Sequence record: MW845758.1
Direction: 5' to 3' (one strand)
Length of the DNA: 64,000 nucleotides
Shown here piece by piece: positions 44,005-54,468 of the stretch (positions are counted from its first letter, which is position 1; each line of letters opens with the position of its first letter). A program made the position numbers and the translations under genes. The notes below the pieces were generated by a model. It had not been told where the DNA came from. It saw nothing but the letters and a program-made list of their open reading frames with translations, and did not search any database.

Positions 44005-45363
44005 ATGATGAAAGGTTACTGGGCTAATCGCGCCAAGACGGTGGCTGAGCTTAAGCTCGTCGCTGCGGAGTCAATTCGATTCCAAGATAAAAAGAAGCTT
44101 GCGTCACTGGCGGAATTGATTGAGACATTTCGGCGCGCCGGTGACTTCTCTCCTGCTGGTTATGAAAAATCGGGCATCGAGAAATGGGTTTACGACACAG
44201 TCGGCATCACCGTGCTGTTGCGTAACGGTTCTGAAATCGGCTTAGCGACGTTTGCGTTTGCCGGTGTGGAACCCCCTAAGCTCGACGCCAACAACCCAAT
44301 CGTGTCGAATCTGCATCGCCAGTTCTACCGTGGCAACAACGACCTCGATGCGTACACCAAGTTCATTAAAGAGAATGAGCTGGCAGGCACCTTCGATGAC
44401 AGCAATGCCAAAATCAGTGGTGACCTGTCTAAAGTTGCAAGTCCGCTGTATCTGACCCCGCCTTTACTGGGGCCTGAATTGAAAATGACGGACTACGAGA
44501 TTGCAGCCATCATCCTGCATGAAGTCGGTCACGTCTATTACTACTTCCGTTGCTTGATGCGCGGTATCGTAGTGAACCTGATTGCAGACGCTGCGGCTAA
44601 CCGCATGATGCAAATGGAGTCGGGTGCAGAGAAGCTTCGGGTGATTAAGGATGTTGAGCGTATGCTGAACACCAAAATCGACCAACCGGAAACCATCTGT
44701 AACGAGTTCAAAAAAGAGAACCTGTACATCCATCTGGTTACGGCCACTTTACTCGAACGCCCTAACCTCACCGGCGGTGAAGGTTTTGGTAACCGTACGT
44801 GGGAACGTGCTGCGGATGACTTCGCTGCTCGCTTTGGTGCTGCACCACATCTGGCCGCCGGATTGTACAAACTCGAAACTGCGCCGATGTATCTGATGCG
44901 TAACTCCGCGTACATGAACATGGGTGTGCACCTGACGCTGGAACTCGGTCGTGTGGCGCTGTTGGTACTGTGGTCGACGCAACCGATTGGTCTGCTGTTG
45001 GCTGCGATGTCCATTGCGTTTGGCATGCTGGTTAATGACCCGTCTGAAACCATCTACGATCCACCGCAGGAACGCTTTGAAACCATGCGCCGTATCTTGG
45101 TCGAAGAGCTGAAGACGTTAGACGGCGTCAGCACCAAAGATGCGAATGCGCATCGTCAGCGTATTCTGGAGGGTATCGCGCAGGTTGACGGGTTACTGAA
45201 AACCGTGAAAGACAAAGACAACCTGTACGCGTACATCTACAAGAACCTCATTCCGTCTGGTCGCCGCGAACGTGACGCAGTGGATTATCAACGTGACCTC
45301 GAGTCGTATATGTCCAACGACTTGACAGTTGCCATGAACAAACTTAAAGCCTCAGCGGCGTAA
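44005..45363 (+). CDS. Virion head protein with an HEXXH zincin-like motif
   Basis: AIILHEVGH, WERAADDFAARFG, hydrophobic hairpin, N-terminal AAE site. Confidence 0.7.
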   Translation: MMKGYWANRAKTVAELKLVAAESIRFQDKKKLASLAELIETFRRAGDFSPAGYEKSGIEKWVYDTVGITVLLRNGSEIGLATFAFAGVEPPKLDANNPIVSNLHRQFYRGNNDLDAYTKFIKENELAGTFDDSNAKISGDLSKVASPLYLTPPLLGPELKMTDYEIAAIILHEVGHVYYYFRCLMRGIVVNLIADAAANRMMQMESGAEKLRVIKDVERMLNTKIDQPETICNEFKKENLYIHLVTATLLERPNLTGGEGFGNRTWERAADDFAARFGAAPHLAAGLYKLETAPMYLMRNSAYMNMGVHLTLELGRVALLVLWSTQPIGLLLAAMSIAFGMLVNDPSETIYDPPQERFETMRRILVEELKTLDGVSTKDANAHRQRILEGIAQVDGLLKTVKDKDNLYAYIYKNLIPSGRRERDAVDYQRDLESYMSNDLTVAMNKLKASAA

Positions 45364-45373
45364 GGTAACCACC

Positions 45374-45817
45374 ATGACTCACAAAGTTTCTTTAGGCTCA
45401 CTCGTCTATGATTTCAAGCGCACGAACGAAGGTCAGGGTGTGCAAGCTACACGCGCTCTGACAGCGTTGGTTGCGTTCTCGGTAGCCTTTGCTACCCCAA
45501 TCCCTGACAATGGCGTCACGGGCTCTGTAGAGGCCTCTAATGCGATGTTACGTCCGTTGATGACTGCGGTTATCTCGGATGTGAATGAGCTGATGATGGT
45601 TGACTTGGGTTCTATCCAAGACCTGACCATCGGCCTGTACCTGAACCGCTATGATGCGGCATGGGGTAAGTACCGTGCGCTGGAAGCCTTCACCGTTAAA
45701 CAGATTCTCTGTGAAGCTGTGGGCGAAGACATCTGGGGCACAGTTTCGCTGTGGGCTGAGCGCTTCTTGGAAGCGATTGGTTTCTATCTCCAAGAACTGA
45801 AAGGACAGGCAGCATGA
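45374..45817 (+). CDS. Probable virion head protein (147 aa)
   Basis: Operon with the flanking head genes. Confidence 0.7.
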   Translation: MTHKVSLGSLVYDFKRTNEGQGVQATRALTALVAFSVAFATPIPDNGVTGSVEASNAMLRPLMTAVISDVNELMMVDLGSIQDLTIGLYLNRYDAAWGKYRALEAFTVKQILCEAVGEDIWGTVSLWAERFLEAIGFYLQELKGQAA

Positions 45818-47511
45818 CATCAATGACCGGTCCAAGCGGGACTGTACACGTACCCCCGAAATGGCGGCTGGGTGAGATTGGTGCAGTTCTGAAAGAACAC
45901 ATGGCTGAAAAGGTGGACTCCGTCGACCAGCTGAGCCTGTACATGCAGCGTAACGATGCCGACCTGATCTACGGTGCTCGTCTGTTAACGCAGATTGAAG
46001 CTATCATCGAACAGGTGAAAAAGCAGGGCATCAACCGTGACACCGTGGTGGCGGTTGAGTCTGCTCGTCCGAACACGATTCCCCAGAGTGTGCAGAAGCT
46101 TCTGACCTCGAACTACAGCCGTTCACACCAGAAAGAAATTCTGGTTGGGCTGGAGTCATGGGCGAAGGCTGGCAAGATGGGCCTTATCGTGATGGCGATT
46201 ACCGCGCTGCTGAAAGTCATTTCGTGGATTATCGAAAACGGCAAACCGTTTGGTGGTGCTGGTAAGGTAGAAGCGAGTGACTACGTTGAGAAAGTCAAAG
46301 AACGTGTTGACGCCGTCGAAGTCGGTGGTCGTAGCGTACTGGGTTCGCTGAATATCACCACGGTGAAAGATGCGTACTTGGTTGCGGCTAAAGACTCAAC
46401 CAACACTGACCTGCTGAACCTCTCGGTGATGCAGATGGACAAAGTGTTGTCTGACCTCAAAGCGGAAGACTTCTTAAACAACCTCGCAGCAGCGAACGGT
46501 GGTCGCTCTCCGTTCATGAACCAGATTGCTGAATACGCGAAGGGCGGGAAGAAAGCAGAAAACGAAGTGCTGTTCGATACCATCGACTCGATGCTGTCAA
46601 TGAACATCACCTCGGCGGTGTTTGATGCGAAGACGTCTGCAGCGGCTTACCAGCGTTTACCGAAGTCGATTCAAAACACTGGCATGCGTTTCCCAACTGA
46701 CCTCGTGTACAAACGCTACGCAGGTACGGTGAAAGAACTGTTCGAATACTTCAACCTGATGATGCGCGGCTTTGCGGCCATGGATCGTAAAGCGTTACTG
46801 GATAACTTCCAGCAACCAACAGGGGTGTTCACCAAAGGCCAGCGCAGTGTGTTCCCAAGCGGGGATATCGCGGTAGGGTTGTTTGCTGAAGGTCTGGAGA
46901 TGTTGAACAACACGACCATGGGCATTGTCGATGACGCCACCCGTGGTTTTGAGTTCGATATGGGTCCGGCTATCTTAGTGGGGCCTGCGCAGTCGAAAGA
47001 CTTGGTGGGCTACGACGAAGGTATGGAGCTGGTTAACGGTATCCGTCTGCACACCACGCAAGAAGGGGCGTACTTCACGAAGTCCTCGTTCCAAACCCTG
47101 CGTGATAAAATCAGCATGACAGCAACCGATGCCCGCGGTGTATTAGCGGCACTGGTGTGTCTGCGTCCTGAGGGTTACACCAAAGACGCGAACCGTGGCC
47201 TGCTCAGCAACTACTCTGCACTGCGTCAGCAAATCGACCAGTTCATGAAGACCTTTGAGAAGTGGGCTGAAATCGTACAGAAGCAAGACAGCGAATTCTT
47301 CAAGTATCTGGCTGATGCCATTGTGCGTGAAGTGAGTCAAGGGAAACGTGGCAGCTCTGATGGGCGTGAGCTCTCATTGGTGTACATGAAGTCCGATGAC
47401 TTTGTTGCGGGTCTGCGCTCGAACATGGATGTGATTCGTCGCGTCTGTATCGCGGGTGCTGGACTGCAAGCGGTGTCTAACAGCTCTGCACGCAATAAGC
47501 TTGCGAAATAA
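45814..47511 (+). CDS. Probable inner-head protein (565 aa)
   Basis: AVES/GLES-type sites followed by a hydrophobic segment; synteny. Confidence 0.7.
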   Translation: MTSMTGPSGTVHVPPKWRLGEIGAVLKEHMAEKVDSVDQLSLYMQRNDADLIYGARLLTQIEAIIEQVKKQGINRDTVVAVESARPNTIPQSVQKLLTSNYSRSHQKEILVGLESWAKAGKMGLIVMAITALLKVISWIIENGKPFGGAGKVEASDYVEKVKERVDAVEVGGRSVLGSLNITTVKDAYLVAAKDSTNTDLLNLSVMQMDKVLSDLKAEDFLNNLAAANGGRSPFMNQIAEYAKGGKKAENEVLFDTIDSMLSMNITSAVFDAKTSAAAYQRLPKSIQNTGMRFPTDLVYKRYAGTVKELFEYFNLMMRGFAAMDRKALLDNFQQPTGVFTKGQRSVFPSGDIAVGLFAEGLEMLNNTTMGIVDDATRGFEFDMGPAILVGPAQSKDLVGYDEGMELVNGIRLHTTQEGAYFTKSSFQTLRDKISMTATDARGVLAALVCLRPEGYTKDANRGLLSNYSALRQQIDQFMKTFEKWAEIVQKQDSEFFKYLADAIVREVSQGKRGSSDGRELSLVYMKSDDFVAGLRSNMDVIRRVCIAGAGLQAVSNSSARNKLAK

Positions 47512-47518
47512 AAGAAGT

Positions 47519-47556
47519 ACCCACCTCCTTTACGGGAGGTGGGTCTTTTCTTTTTT
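47519..47556. terminator. Bidirectional terminator
   Basis: ACCCACCTCC-TTACG-GGAGGTGGGT with A and T flanks. Confidence 0.85.
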
Positions 47557-50509
47557 AACTCGCGTCGGTGTCGTGACGGTTGTACGCCAGCACGATGTCG
47601 TCTTTGAGTTTTAAGGTACCGTCGGCTTCAAGCGTAATGACCTTACCGATAGTGGCTTGTGAAGCATCGCCTACCACGGTAAAGATACGCCAGTCGCTGT
47701 CAGGTCCCATACCTCCGACTTCCACCCCGATAATCGATTCCAGCAACTCGTTCTTCAGTGCAATACCCAAGTCCGTCGTGGAGACCGTCTTGTTCGCAAT
47801 GAGATAGTCGTTGATAACCTTCGAGGTTTTGGTACGGATGATTTTCAGCAAGTCGGTGTTCTGACGGTTTGCTGCGGTCATGTAGTAACTAACTGTGAAG
47901 CGGTTCTCTGCAGAAATCGGTGTAACAGTACCGTCTTCTGTACGGGCAGAGATATACCCCATCGTTGTCACCGGTACGAAGAACGCCTCGGTCTGGTCGA
48001 TTAAACTCCCTGCCAGTCCGGGGATAGTCACCGTAACGATGTTCACGATATAGTCAATCACCGATTGCAGATATGTTTGCACCGCGGTGTCCGTGGCGAA
48101 CTTATAACGTGCATCGTATACCGGCATCTCACTACGGAAAATCAGTGAACGCGGTTTGTCGATGATGTTATCCCCGTTGGCATCTTTCATCAATGACCCT
48201 TTCGGGTATTTGATTTCTTGGAAGCCGTCGTCCGTGAGTACCGGGTCACCTTTACGGTGTTCGTAAACGAACTCGATGGTCTGCGTTTCCGGGTCGTAGG
48301 TGTATTCCGGCACAGCCGTTGTGCCCGGCTTGTACTTCAACACATCTGCTTCGTAGAACGACAGCACATCTTCCTGATAATACTTGTAGTTCACCCCATC
48401 TGTCTGCGGACGTGCTTTACGCCAGTAGGAGCTCAGCGCTTTACCGAGTTGGATGGTGTAGATTTCCTGCGTAACACCAATAGCATCACGAGACGGTACC
48501 ACGATGATGTTGTCCATCGTTGCACGTTCGTAGTTGCCCGGATAGTAACCCGTCACACCGAAGAACACGTTGAACTCGGCTTCCAGTGCAACCGGAACCG
48601 GTGTGGCTGACGCTGAGGCCAAACGGGTGTTAGTGAGCACCAATTCATCGTTACGGTCAACATCCAAGTTGGTTTCCAGCGGGAACTCCCAGACACGTTC
48701 GTCGTCACGATAACCGATTAAGGTACCGTTGATGTACGCGTACTGGTCGGTGTAACCGCGGGGCACGTAGGAGATTTGCGCGAAGCACTGTTCGTCAGCT
48801 AAGTTCTTGTAGGAACTCTCAGACTTGGTCACGATGCGTAAGGCGTAGCCCGTGTCGGTGGCAACCAGCTCGTAGTTCCCAGACACCACAGACAGCGCTG
48901 TGGTAACGTTGGTGTCAATGAAACGCTTCCCGGTGACCTGCGGCTTATCCAACTGATAGATACGCACATCGACTGCGGTGTTGTTGATGTCCACCACGTA
49001 ATGGAACGGTGTGAACAGATACGACGTCGCATTGGCAATGTTGATGAGGTCTTCGCTACGCATGGTCTTCGCGAGCTCAGTCATCTGCGTGTCCACCGTC
49101 AACGAACTGTTGGTGTAGCGGTAGATGGTGTCAGGCAGGATTGTTAAGCGGTTGTCATTCACACGCACCGTTGAGAGGTTCGCCAACTCGTCCCAGCTAA
49201 ACAGTAGCGGTGCAGTTAAAGAACCGATAGGTGAGCTGACCCCTTTCACGGTACTGTCCGGCAATCCAGAAGACAAGTGGAAGGTACGTCCGGTCACGTA
49301 GTCAATCGGTACCGACAAATCCAATCCGCTATCACTGGCCGTCGCAGTTGCCTGCGCCAACGTAATCGGTAACTGACGTTGACCCACGGAGTTATTAACA
49401 ACGCGGTCACGCAGTTCTTCAAACGTTAATGCCGCACGGCCACCGGTGGTCACGGAACCCACTTCAGCTGCCAGTTGTTTCACCGAGAAGTTCTTAATCG
49501 GGTTGGAGTAGGTTTCACTCACTTCCCCGTTAAAGTCTTTCATGGCGAACTGGAACTGGTCAGTGGAGTAAGAGGAAATATCCACCGACATCGGACCCAG
49601 CGTGGTGTAGATGTCCAGACGAATCGTACCGGATACTAAGCCTGTCTGTAAGTAAATGGACGGGATAGTCAGGCGGATGTTCTGGCCACTGATTTGAATC
49701 AACCCAGTTGCGACATTCGGGTCGTACACGTCACGCGAGTGCGTGTGTTCGATTTCCACCCACGAGCTGGAACCGGACGCCATCATCCACACACGGGCGT
49801 AGAAGAACAGGTTAGTAAAGGTACGGTCCATCACGTACTGGTTGGTACCGGTCACGGTGTCGAGGTTACCTTCCGAGCTAACGGAATACTGCAACATCGG
49901 AATACGGATACCAAGCAACTGCGACGTGGTGTTCGGCGCACTTGTGAGAACCCAGTCCAGCGCATTCGTTGACACCGGGGTAATCGGTGATTGCAGATCG
50001 GTAAGCCAAACCACCTGAAACGCAGGCTGCTCGGTGGTTCCGTACGGCAACACACGAATCTCGATCGGGTATTGAATCGCAAACTGATAACCAGCAACAC
50101 TGAACACGGTGTCACGAGGAATCGTGACTTTACGCACCCCATCGTAAACCAAAGGCATGGCTTTCGAGAGAATGGAATCCACATCGAAATACAGCAGCAT
50201 CGGTACGCTGGTCGGTTGGGCAAACACATCGACGTAATCGGTGTCCGACATGTGACGGAACAGGTCGTCGTAGGTGGTCGCCATCGACGGGTAGACTTTG
50301 GGTAACAGTTCACGCTGTGATTGAATACTGGAGTGGGCGAGCATCACCCCCATCTCCGCCAAGAACACCACCGGGTCGGTTGGGTCTTTCAACACGACTT
50401 GGTTATTCTCTTCAACCGCAGCTAATTGGTTTAACTGCAGCGTCTGCATTGCCGCTGGGTTGTGTGCCAGCAGCAGCATATTGCTTTTAAGCGTTGCGTA
50501 AGTATCCAT
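47555..50509 (-). CDS. Large baseplate protein, probably T4 gp6-like wedge (984 aa)
   Basis: TTGGRAALTFEELRDR resembles the baseplate-J/gp6 GG.d.E...lr.R motif; synteny. Confidence 0.65.
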   Translation of the reverse strand: MDTYATLKSNMLLLAHNPAAMQTLQLNQLAAVEENNQVVLKDPTDPVVFLAEMGVMLAHSSIQSQRELLPKVYPSMATTYDDLFRHMSDTDYVDVFAQPTSVPMLLYFDVDSILSKAMPLVYDGVRKVTIPRDTVFSVAGYQFAIQYPIEIRVLPYGTTEQPAFQVVWLTDLQSPITPVSTNALDWVLTSAPNTTSQLLGIRIPMLQYSVSSEGNLDTVTGTNQYVMDRTFTNLFFYARVWMMASGSSSWVEIEHTHSRDVYDPNVATGLIQISGQNIRLTIPSIYLQTGLVSGTIRLDIYTTLGPMSVDISSYSTDQFQFAMKDFNGEVSETYSNPIKNFSVKQLAAEVGSVTTGGRAALTFEELRDRVVNNSVGQRQLPITLAQATATASDSGLDLSVPIDYVTGRTFHLSSGLPDSTVKGVSSPIGSLTAPLLFSWDELANLSTVRVNDNRLTILPDTIYRYTNSSLTVDTQMTELAKTMRSEDLINIANATSYLFTPFHYVVDINNTAVDVRIYQLDKPQVTGKRFIDTNVTTALSVVSGNYELVATDTGYALRIVTKSESSYKNLADEQCFAQISYVPRGYTDQYAYINGTLIGYRDDERVWEFPLETNLDVDRNDELVLTNTRLASASATPVPVALEAEFNVFFGVTGYYPGNYERATMDNIIVVPSRDAIGVTQEIYTIQLGKALSSYWRKARPQTDGVNYKYYQEDVLSFYEADVLKYKPGTTAVPEYTYDPETQTIEFVYEHRKGDPVLTDDGFQEIKYPKGSLMKDANGDNIIDKPRSLIFRSEMPVYDARYKFATDTAVQTYLQSVIDYIVNIVTVTIPGLAGSLIDQTEAFFVPVTTMGYISARTEDGTVTPISAENRFTVSYYMTAANRQNTDLLKIIRTKTSKVINDYLIANKTVSTTDLGIALKNELLESIIGVEVGGMGPDSDWRIFTVVGDASQATIGKVITLEADGTLKLKDDIVLAYNRHDTDAS

Positions 50510-51762
50510 CAGACTTTAAATCCTGCTTTAGCCAGAACCGCACGATAATCCGCTTGATAAACGTACCAAGTGATTTTACGGCGAATCGTGTCAATGTAAG
50601 GGTAGCCGTAGTAGTTAAACAGCGGCAGGAGTTCGGCCGGAATCGGCACCAGAGAGTTACTGCCCATCGGGACGAACGTGTCCTGTCGTGGGTCAGGTGT
50701 CATGTCCGGGTTAAAGATAGACACCGTGCGGTTAAACATCTCCATGTACAACGGGTCATTATACCGGGCACCGAACATCTGCCAGTTAATGGTTACCGTG
50801 GTGTCGTCATCCAGTGTCGGTTTGGAGTTGTCTACCTGTGCCATGGCCCCGGCGTTGTTGTTGGTTGGGAAACCTACACACATCGTCCAGAAACGGCTGA
50901 TGTTACCGAGGGCATCGTAACGCATCCCGTAGATACGAGACTGATAATCGATACGACGCTGAATCGAGTTGCGAATCTTCGGTTTGAATTTCCCCATCTT
51001 CACGCCAGCCATGTATTCCAACCAGACGGACATCATGCGCATAATCGGATCACCGTACGGGTTATTCAGTGACGCGGAGACCGTGTAACCGTTGTTCACC
51101 TCGTTGGTAGAATCGACCATACCCCACTGCTCACGCATTATCCCCTCTTGTGATGTCCACACGTCCACCGACTCGTCTGGCGGGGCGGAGAGGCTCATCA
51201 GCTGCGTACTGAGTAATGGTATGAAAGCCTGTAGGTTATCAAACGGAATGTCTGGGTGGAAAGGTGTCCCCAGTCGATTTTTCCGTTGCCCGTTGGCATT
51301 ACGCGGTGCATCTGAGAACCCCAGTTCAAAGTCAGGGTCAAGGGCGGCCAGAATCGAATAGTCCAACGAGGCTTTTGGTTGGGCGGCCATATTCGAGAAT
51401 CGGCGCGAGTTCGCTATGTTGTCGTATTCGAGGTTGAAATCCGGACGGGTAATAAAGGTCAGGCCACCGTAATCCCTGTTAATGGGGACGGGGTTGGAGG
51501 CCATTCTATGGTTGAATCCCATCAGGGGATTGGTCAGACGTTGTGCTGCCAAACCTTGCCCGCTAAGCAAACGTAAACGGCTCGTCCACGCGGTCAACTC
51601 ATCATTGAGGTTATAGGTCGTCGTGGGGTTTGCCGTCGTAGTGCGTGAATCAATGTATCCCGCGACTGAGGGCACAGCATCCGCGTTATTGGGATTGCTA
51701 TAGCCGGTGTCCTCCGGGGTGTTGGGATCGTATCCCGGATCGTTTTCAGTCTCGTTACTCAT
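50509..51762 (-). CDS. Virion baseplate/tail protein (417 aa), possibly tube-initiator-like
   Basis: Coupled to the 984-aa gene; beta-rich pattern VTINWQMFG. Confidence 0.55.
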   Translation of the reverse strand: MSNETENDPGYDPNTPEDTGYSNPNNADAVPSVAGYIDSRTTTANPTTTYNLNDELTAWTSRLRLLSGQGLAAQRLTNPLMGFNHRMASNPVPINRDYGGLTFITRPDFNLEYDNIANSRRFSNMAAQPKASLDYSILAALDPDFELGFSDAPRNANGQRKNRLGTPFHPDIPFDNLQAFIPLLSTQLMSLSAPPDESVDVWTSQEGIMREQWGMVDSTNEVNNGYTVSASLNNPYGDPIMRMMSVWLEYMAGVKMGKFKPKIRNSIQRRIDYQSRIYGMRYDALGNISRFWTMCVGFPTNNNAGAMAQVDNSKPTLDDDTTVTINWQMFGARYNDPLYMEMFNRTVSIFNPDMTPDPRQDTFVPMGSNSLVPIPAELLPLFNYYGYPYIDTIRRKITWYVYQADYRAVLAKAGFKV

Positions 51763-51786
51763 TATTAACTCCGGAGTTAGAAAAAG

Positions 51787-52935
51787 ATGGTACAGAAAAC
51801 CGTAGAGTCAAGCGTACTCACGTTCTTAGCAGCATTCCCCGCGTTGTTTCGTCAACGTGCGGATTCACTGGAGGAGTTTAACTCCGTCCTACAGAATGAT
51901 TACACTACGCTCATTGAACAAAGCCTGTTAGGTCTGGATTACCTGCCGGGTATTCTGGAAAAGATGCAGATGCTGTTGGCGGGTAATACCCTGACTGCTA
52001 TCTCGCTGCTGACCGGTGTGCCAGAAGTGGACGTGGTGGGTACGTTGGATAAAGTTTCCACCAAACGTAGCCCACTGGATGCCGCTGCACGTACGGGTAG
52101 CAGCTTTGGTCTTGCGATGTTGGGCGCAGAAAGCCGCAAAGGTCGCTTTGCTCTGCCGTCATACGATAACCTCGCCTTGGCGGTAGGGGAATCTTCCCGT
52201 CGTGGTGTGGCTCGTGAATCCCGTGAGAGCCGTAGCACTTCACTGCCAAACGACTTCACCAAACGCCTGAACGACCAAGAAGGTCTGTCAACCGGTAAGC
52301 AGTTCACCGTGACCTTTGAGCGCAACGGAAACAAAATCGATGTGCCGATGCGTGTGCGTCTGGAAACCAGCTCGACGGATACCGAGTCAATTGAAAACAT
52401 CATCCTGCTGGGCGAACAAAACCGCACCTTCTGGGAACGTTGGATTCGTGTCTCGACCGGTAAGAACGGCGGGTCAAGTGCTGTGGATAAAATCCGTGCA
52501 GCCAAAGACATCGCGTTCTCAAACGACCTGATCGATGAATACCGTAAAAACCGCTTCCGCGACAAATCCGGTTACTACTCGAAGATGATGGAGAAGAAGA
52601 ACGGCAACTGGTTATCCGGCCTGCTGTCTCTGTCCCCGTCTATCAACAACGCCTCAGCACTGATGGTTGTTTCGCAAGAAACCATCGATGCGTGTGAAGC
52701 GCGTCTGGGTGGTGACTTCGATGAGTTCAACATCCGCAAGCGCGTGTTCGAAAACACCTTGACCATTTATTACGTGGTCGTGGATCAAACGTGGGGTCGT
52801 GTCACTATCTACACCCGCGGTCAAAACGGTTCTCAGCAGCTGGACAAATCTGATTTCAGTAAGTCTAAAGCTGGCTCTGCCGATGTGAACAAAATCATCG
52901 AAGCGTATCGCTCCGGTGCTCAACCGGTGCTTTAA
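51787..52935 (+). CDS. Probable head protein (382 aa) with clustered xxE-S sites
   Basis: GAES, VGES, ARES, SRES cluster; synteny. Confidence 0.7.
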   Translation: MVQKTVESSVLTFLAAFPALFRQRADSLEEFNSVLQNDYTTLIEQSLLGLDYLPGILEKMQMLLAGNTLTAISLLTGVPEVDVVGTLDKVSTKRSPLDAAARTGSSFGLAMLGAESRKGRFALPSYDNLALAVGESSRRGVARESRESRSTSLPNDFTKRLNDQEGLSTGKQFTVTFERNGNKIDVPMRVRLETSSTDTESIENIILLGEQNRTFWERWIRVSTGKNGGSSAVDKIRAAKDIAFSNDLIDEYRKNRFRDKSGYYSKMMEKKNGNWLSGLLSLSPSINNASALMVVSQETIDACEARLGGDFDEFNIRKRVFENTLTIYYVVVDQTWGRVTIYTRGQNGSQQLDKSDFSKSKAGSADVNKIIEAYRSGAQPVL

Positions 52936-52944
52936 GGGGTCTTT

Positions 52945-53880
52945 ATGCCTATTCCTAACGCGTTGGCAATGTTACTGCCAACCTTTGAATCTACCAACCT
53001 GAAGAACCAGCTCTCGTCCAACTGTGACGCGATTGGGGAAGCCCTGCTGCCGCGTTACCAAACGCTGCAAGAGCTTATCGGTACCCGTGAAGGCAAACCC
53101 TTCCTGAATGCCGGCGTGGAAGAAGTAAGCCAGAGCATCGTCAGTGCACTGCGTTCGTCTGACCTGAAGGTTAAAGACGTGCGCCATGCCTCAATGCTGG
53201 AATACATCGTTCCTGCGCTGGAGAACGTGTTGGTACTGCGTCCGTTCTTGGAACAGCACATTACCAAAGACATTGGTAAGTCGCTGGTGACGTCTGCCCT
53301 GACCTTTAATAAGCAGACCCTGTTGCAGTTGCTGGACGTGATTGACTTCACGGTGGGTTACTCCACTACACTTCTGAACTACGTGACAGCCGTTGAGCTG
53401 AACGCGGTCGAAGGGTCAAACATTGACGGTGGCGGTATCGGTCCAAACGATCTGCAAATCCTGAAAACCAAACGTGCGCTGTTTGCGATAGCCCTGCGTG
53501 TGCTCGGGACCCCTCTGAACAAACTCAAAGCGGACTACGCTGAGATTCCAGAGGCCATCTTCGACGAAGACACCTACAATGACTTGGTGGCCTCGTTCGG
53601 TGGTAAGACCGACCCGCTGGGGATGTCCTCTGTGCCGTTCCCACTGTCTCTTATCTATCGTGCTCGCCTGAACTGGGCAGAGTGGCAGATGGATCGCTAC
53701 GACGAGTGTGTGGCAGCCGGTAAAGCGGCTGAGCTGCGTATTCTGTTGTGGAAGAAACAGCAGGCTGAAGGCGGTGGTGGTGATGCCGCTATCGAGCGTT
53801 TGATTCAAAGCCAGGAAAAGCGCTTGATGGACCTCAAGTACAAGCGCGAGAAACTGGAGAAGAAGTATGGACTTCAATAA
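52945..53880 (+). CDS. Probable head protein (311 aa)
   Basis: Operon context; C-terminal coiled coil. Confidence 0.7.
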   Translation: MPIPNALAMLLPTFESTNLKNQLSSNCDAIGEALLPRYQTLQELIGTREGKPFLNAGVEEVSQSIVSALRSSDLKVKDVRHASMLEYIVPALENVLVLRPFLEQHITKDIGKSLVTSALTFNKQTLLQLLDVIDFTVGYSTTLLNYVTAVELNAVEGSNIDGGGIGPNDLQILKTKRALFAIALRVLGTPLNKLKADYAEIPEAIFDEDTYNDLVASFGGKTDPLGMSSVPFPLSLIYRARLNWAEWQMDRYDECVAAGKAAELRILLWKKQQAEGGGGDAAIERLIQSQEKRLMDLKYKREKLEKKYGLQ

Positions 53881-54409
53881 CGCCGAACAAGTCCTCAAGA
53901 CCTACATGGGTAAGCTCGCTGAGAACCCCATTCTGGTTCATGATGACAAACTGATTCACGATACCCTGCCAGCGGTAGCGGTTATCCTTGCCCGTTTCCG
54001 TCTGTGCTCTAGCAGTGCAGTGCAGGAAGTATTATATGACGAATATCCCCAGATTGGGTTTACGTTCAACCAGTTCTATAATGAAACGGTTGCGTTTGTC
54101 CTCGATGGGAAACGTCGCGATATGTCTGTCGGGCAATGGTCGGTTCTGATGCAGCAGTATATGAACGATGTGCATGGCACAAAGTACGTGCGTCAGACCG
54201 GCAGCTTAGGCAGTCGCATGATGGCAGCGTCGTTCGGAGACTCCGGCAAGGTGCGTAACTTAGGTCCATCGCACCAAACCCTCACCCCGGATACCCGCCT
54301 GTTATCTTATGCAGACCACGAACTGCTGGCGCAGTGGCTTACGCGTGTTAATGGATTGTCTGACATGGTATCCTCGCTCGCAGTCTTTTTAAAGATCGCA
54401 CGTCCCTGA
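53867..54409 (+). CDS. Probable virion protein (180 aa)
   Basis: Operon context. Confidence 0.7.
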   Translation: MDFNNAEQVLKTYMGKLAENPILVHDDKLIHDTLPAVAVILARFRLCSSSAVQEVLYDEYPQIGFTFNQFYNETVAFVLDGKRRDMSVGQWSVLMQQYMNDVHGTKYVRQTGSLGSRMMAASFGDSGKVRNLGPSHQTLTPDTRLLSYADHELLAQWLTRVNGLSDMVSSLAVFLKIARP

Positions 54410-54468
54410 GGGGGCCCCTTATTCAGGGGCGTGTTGGTATTTGGTTATAACCAATAGGAAAATGAAGC

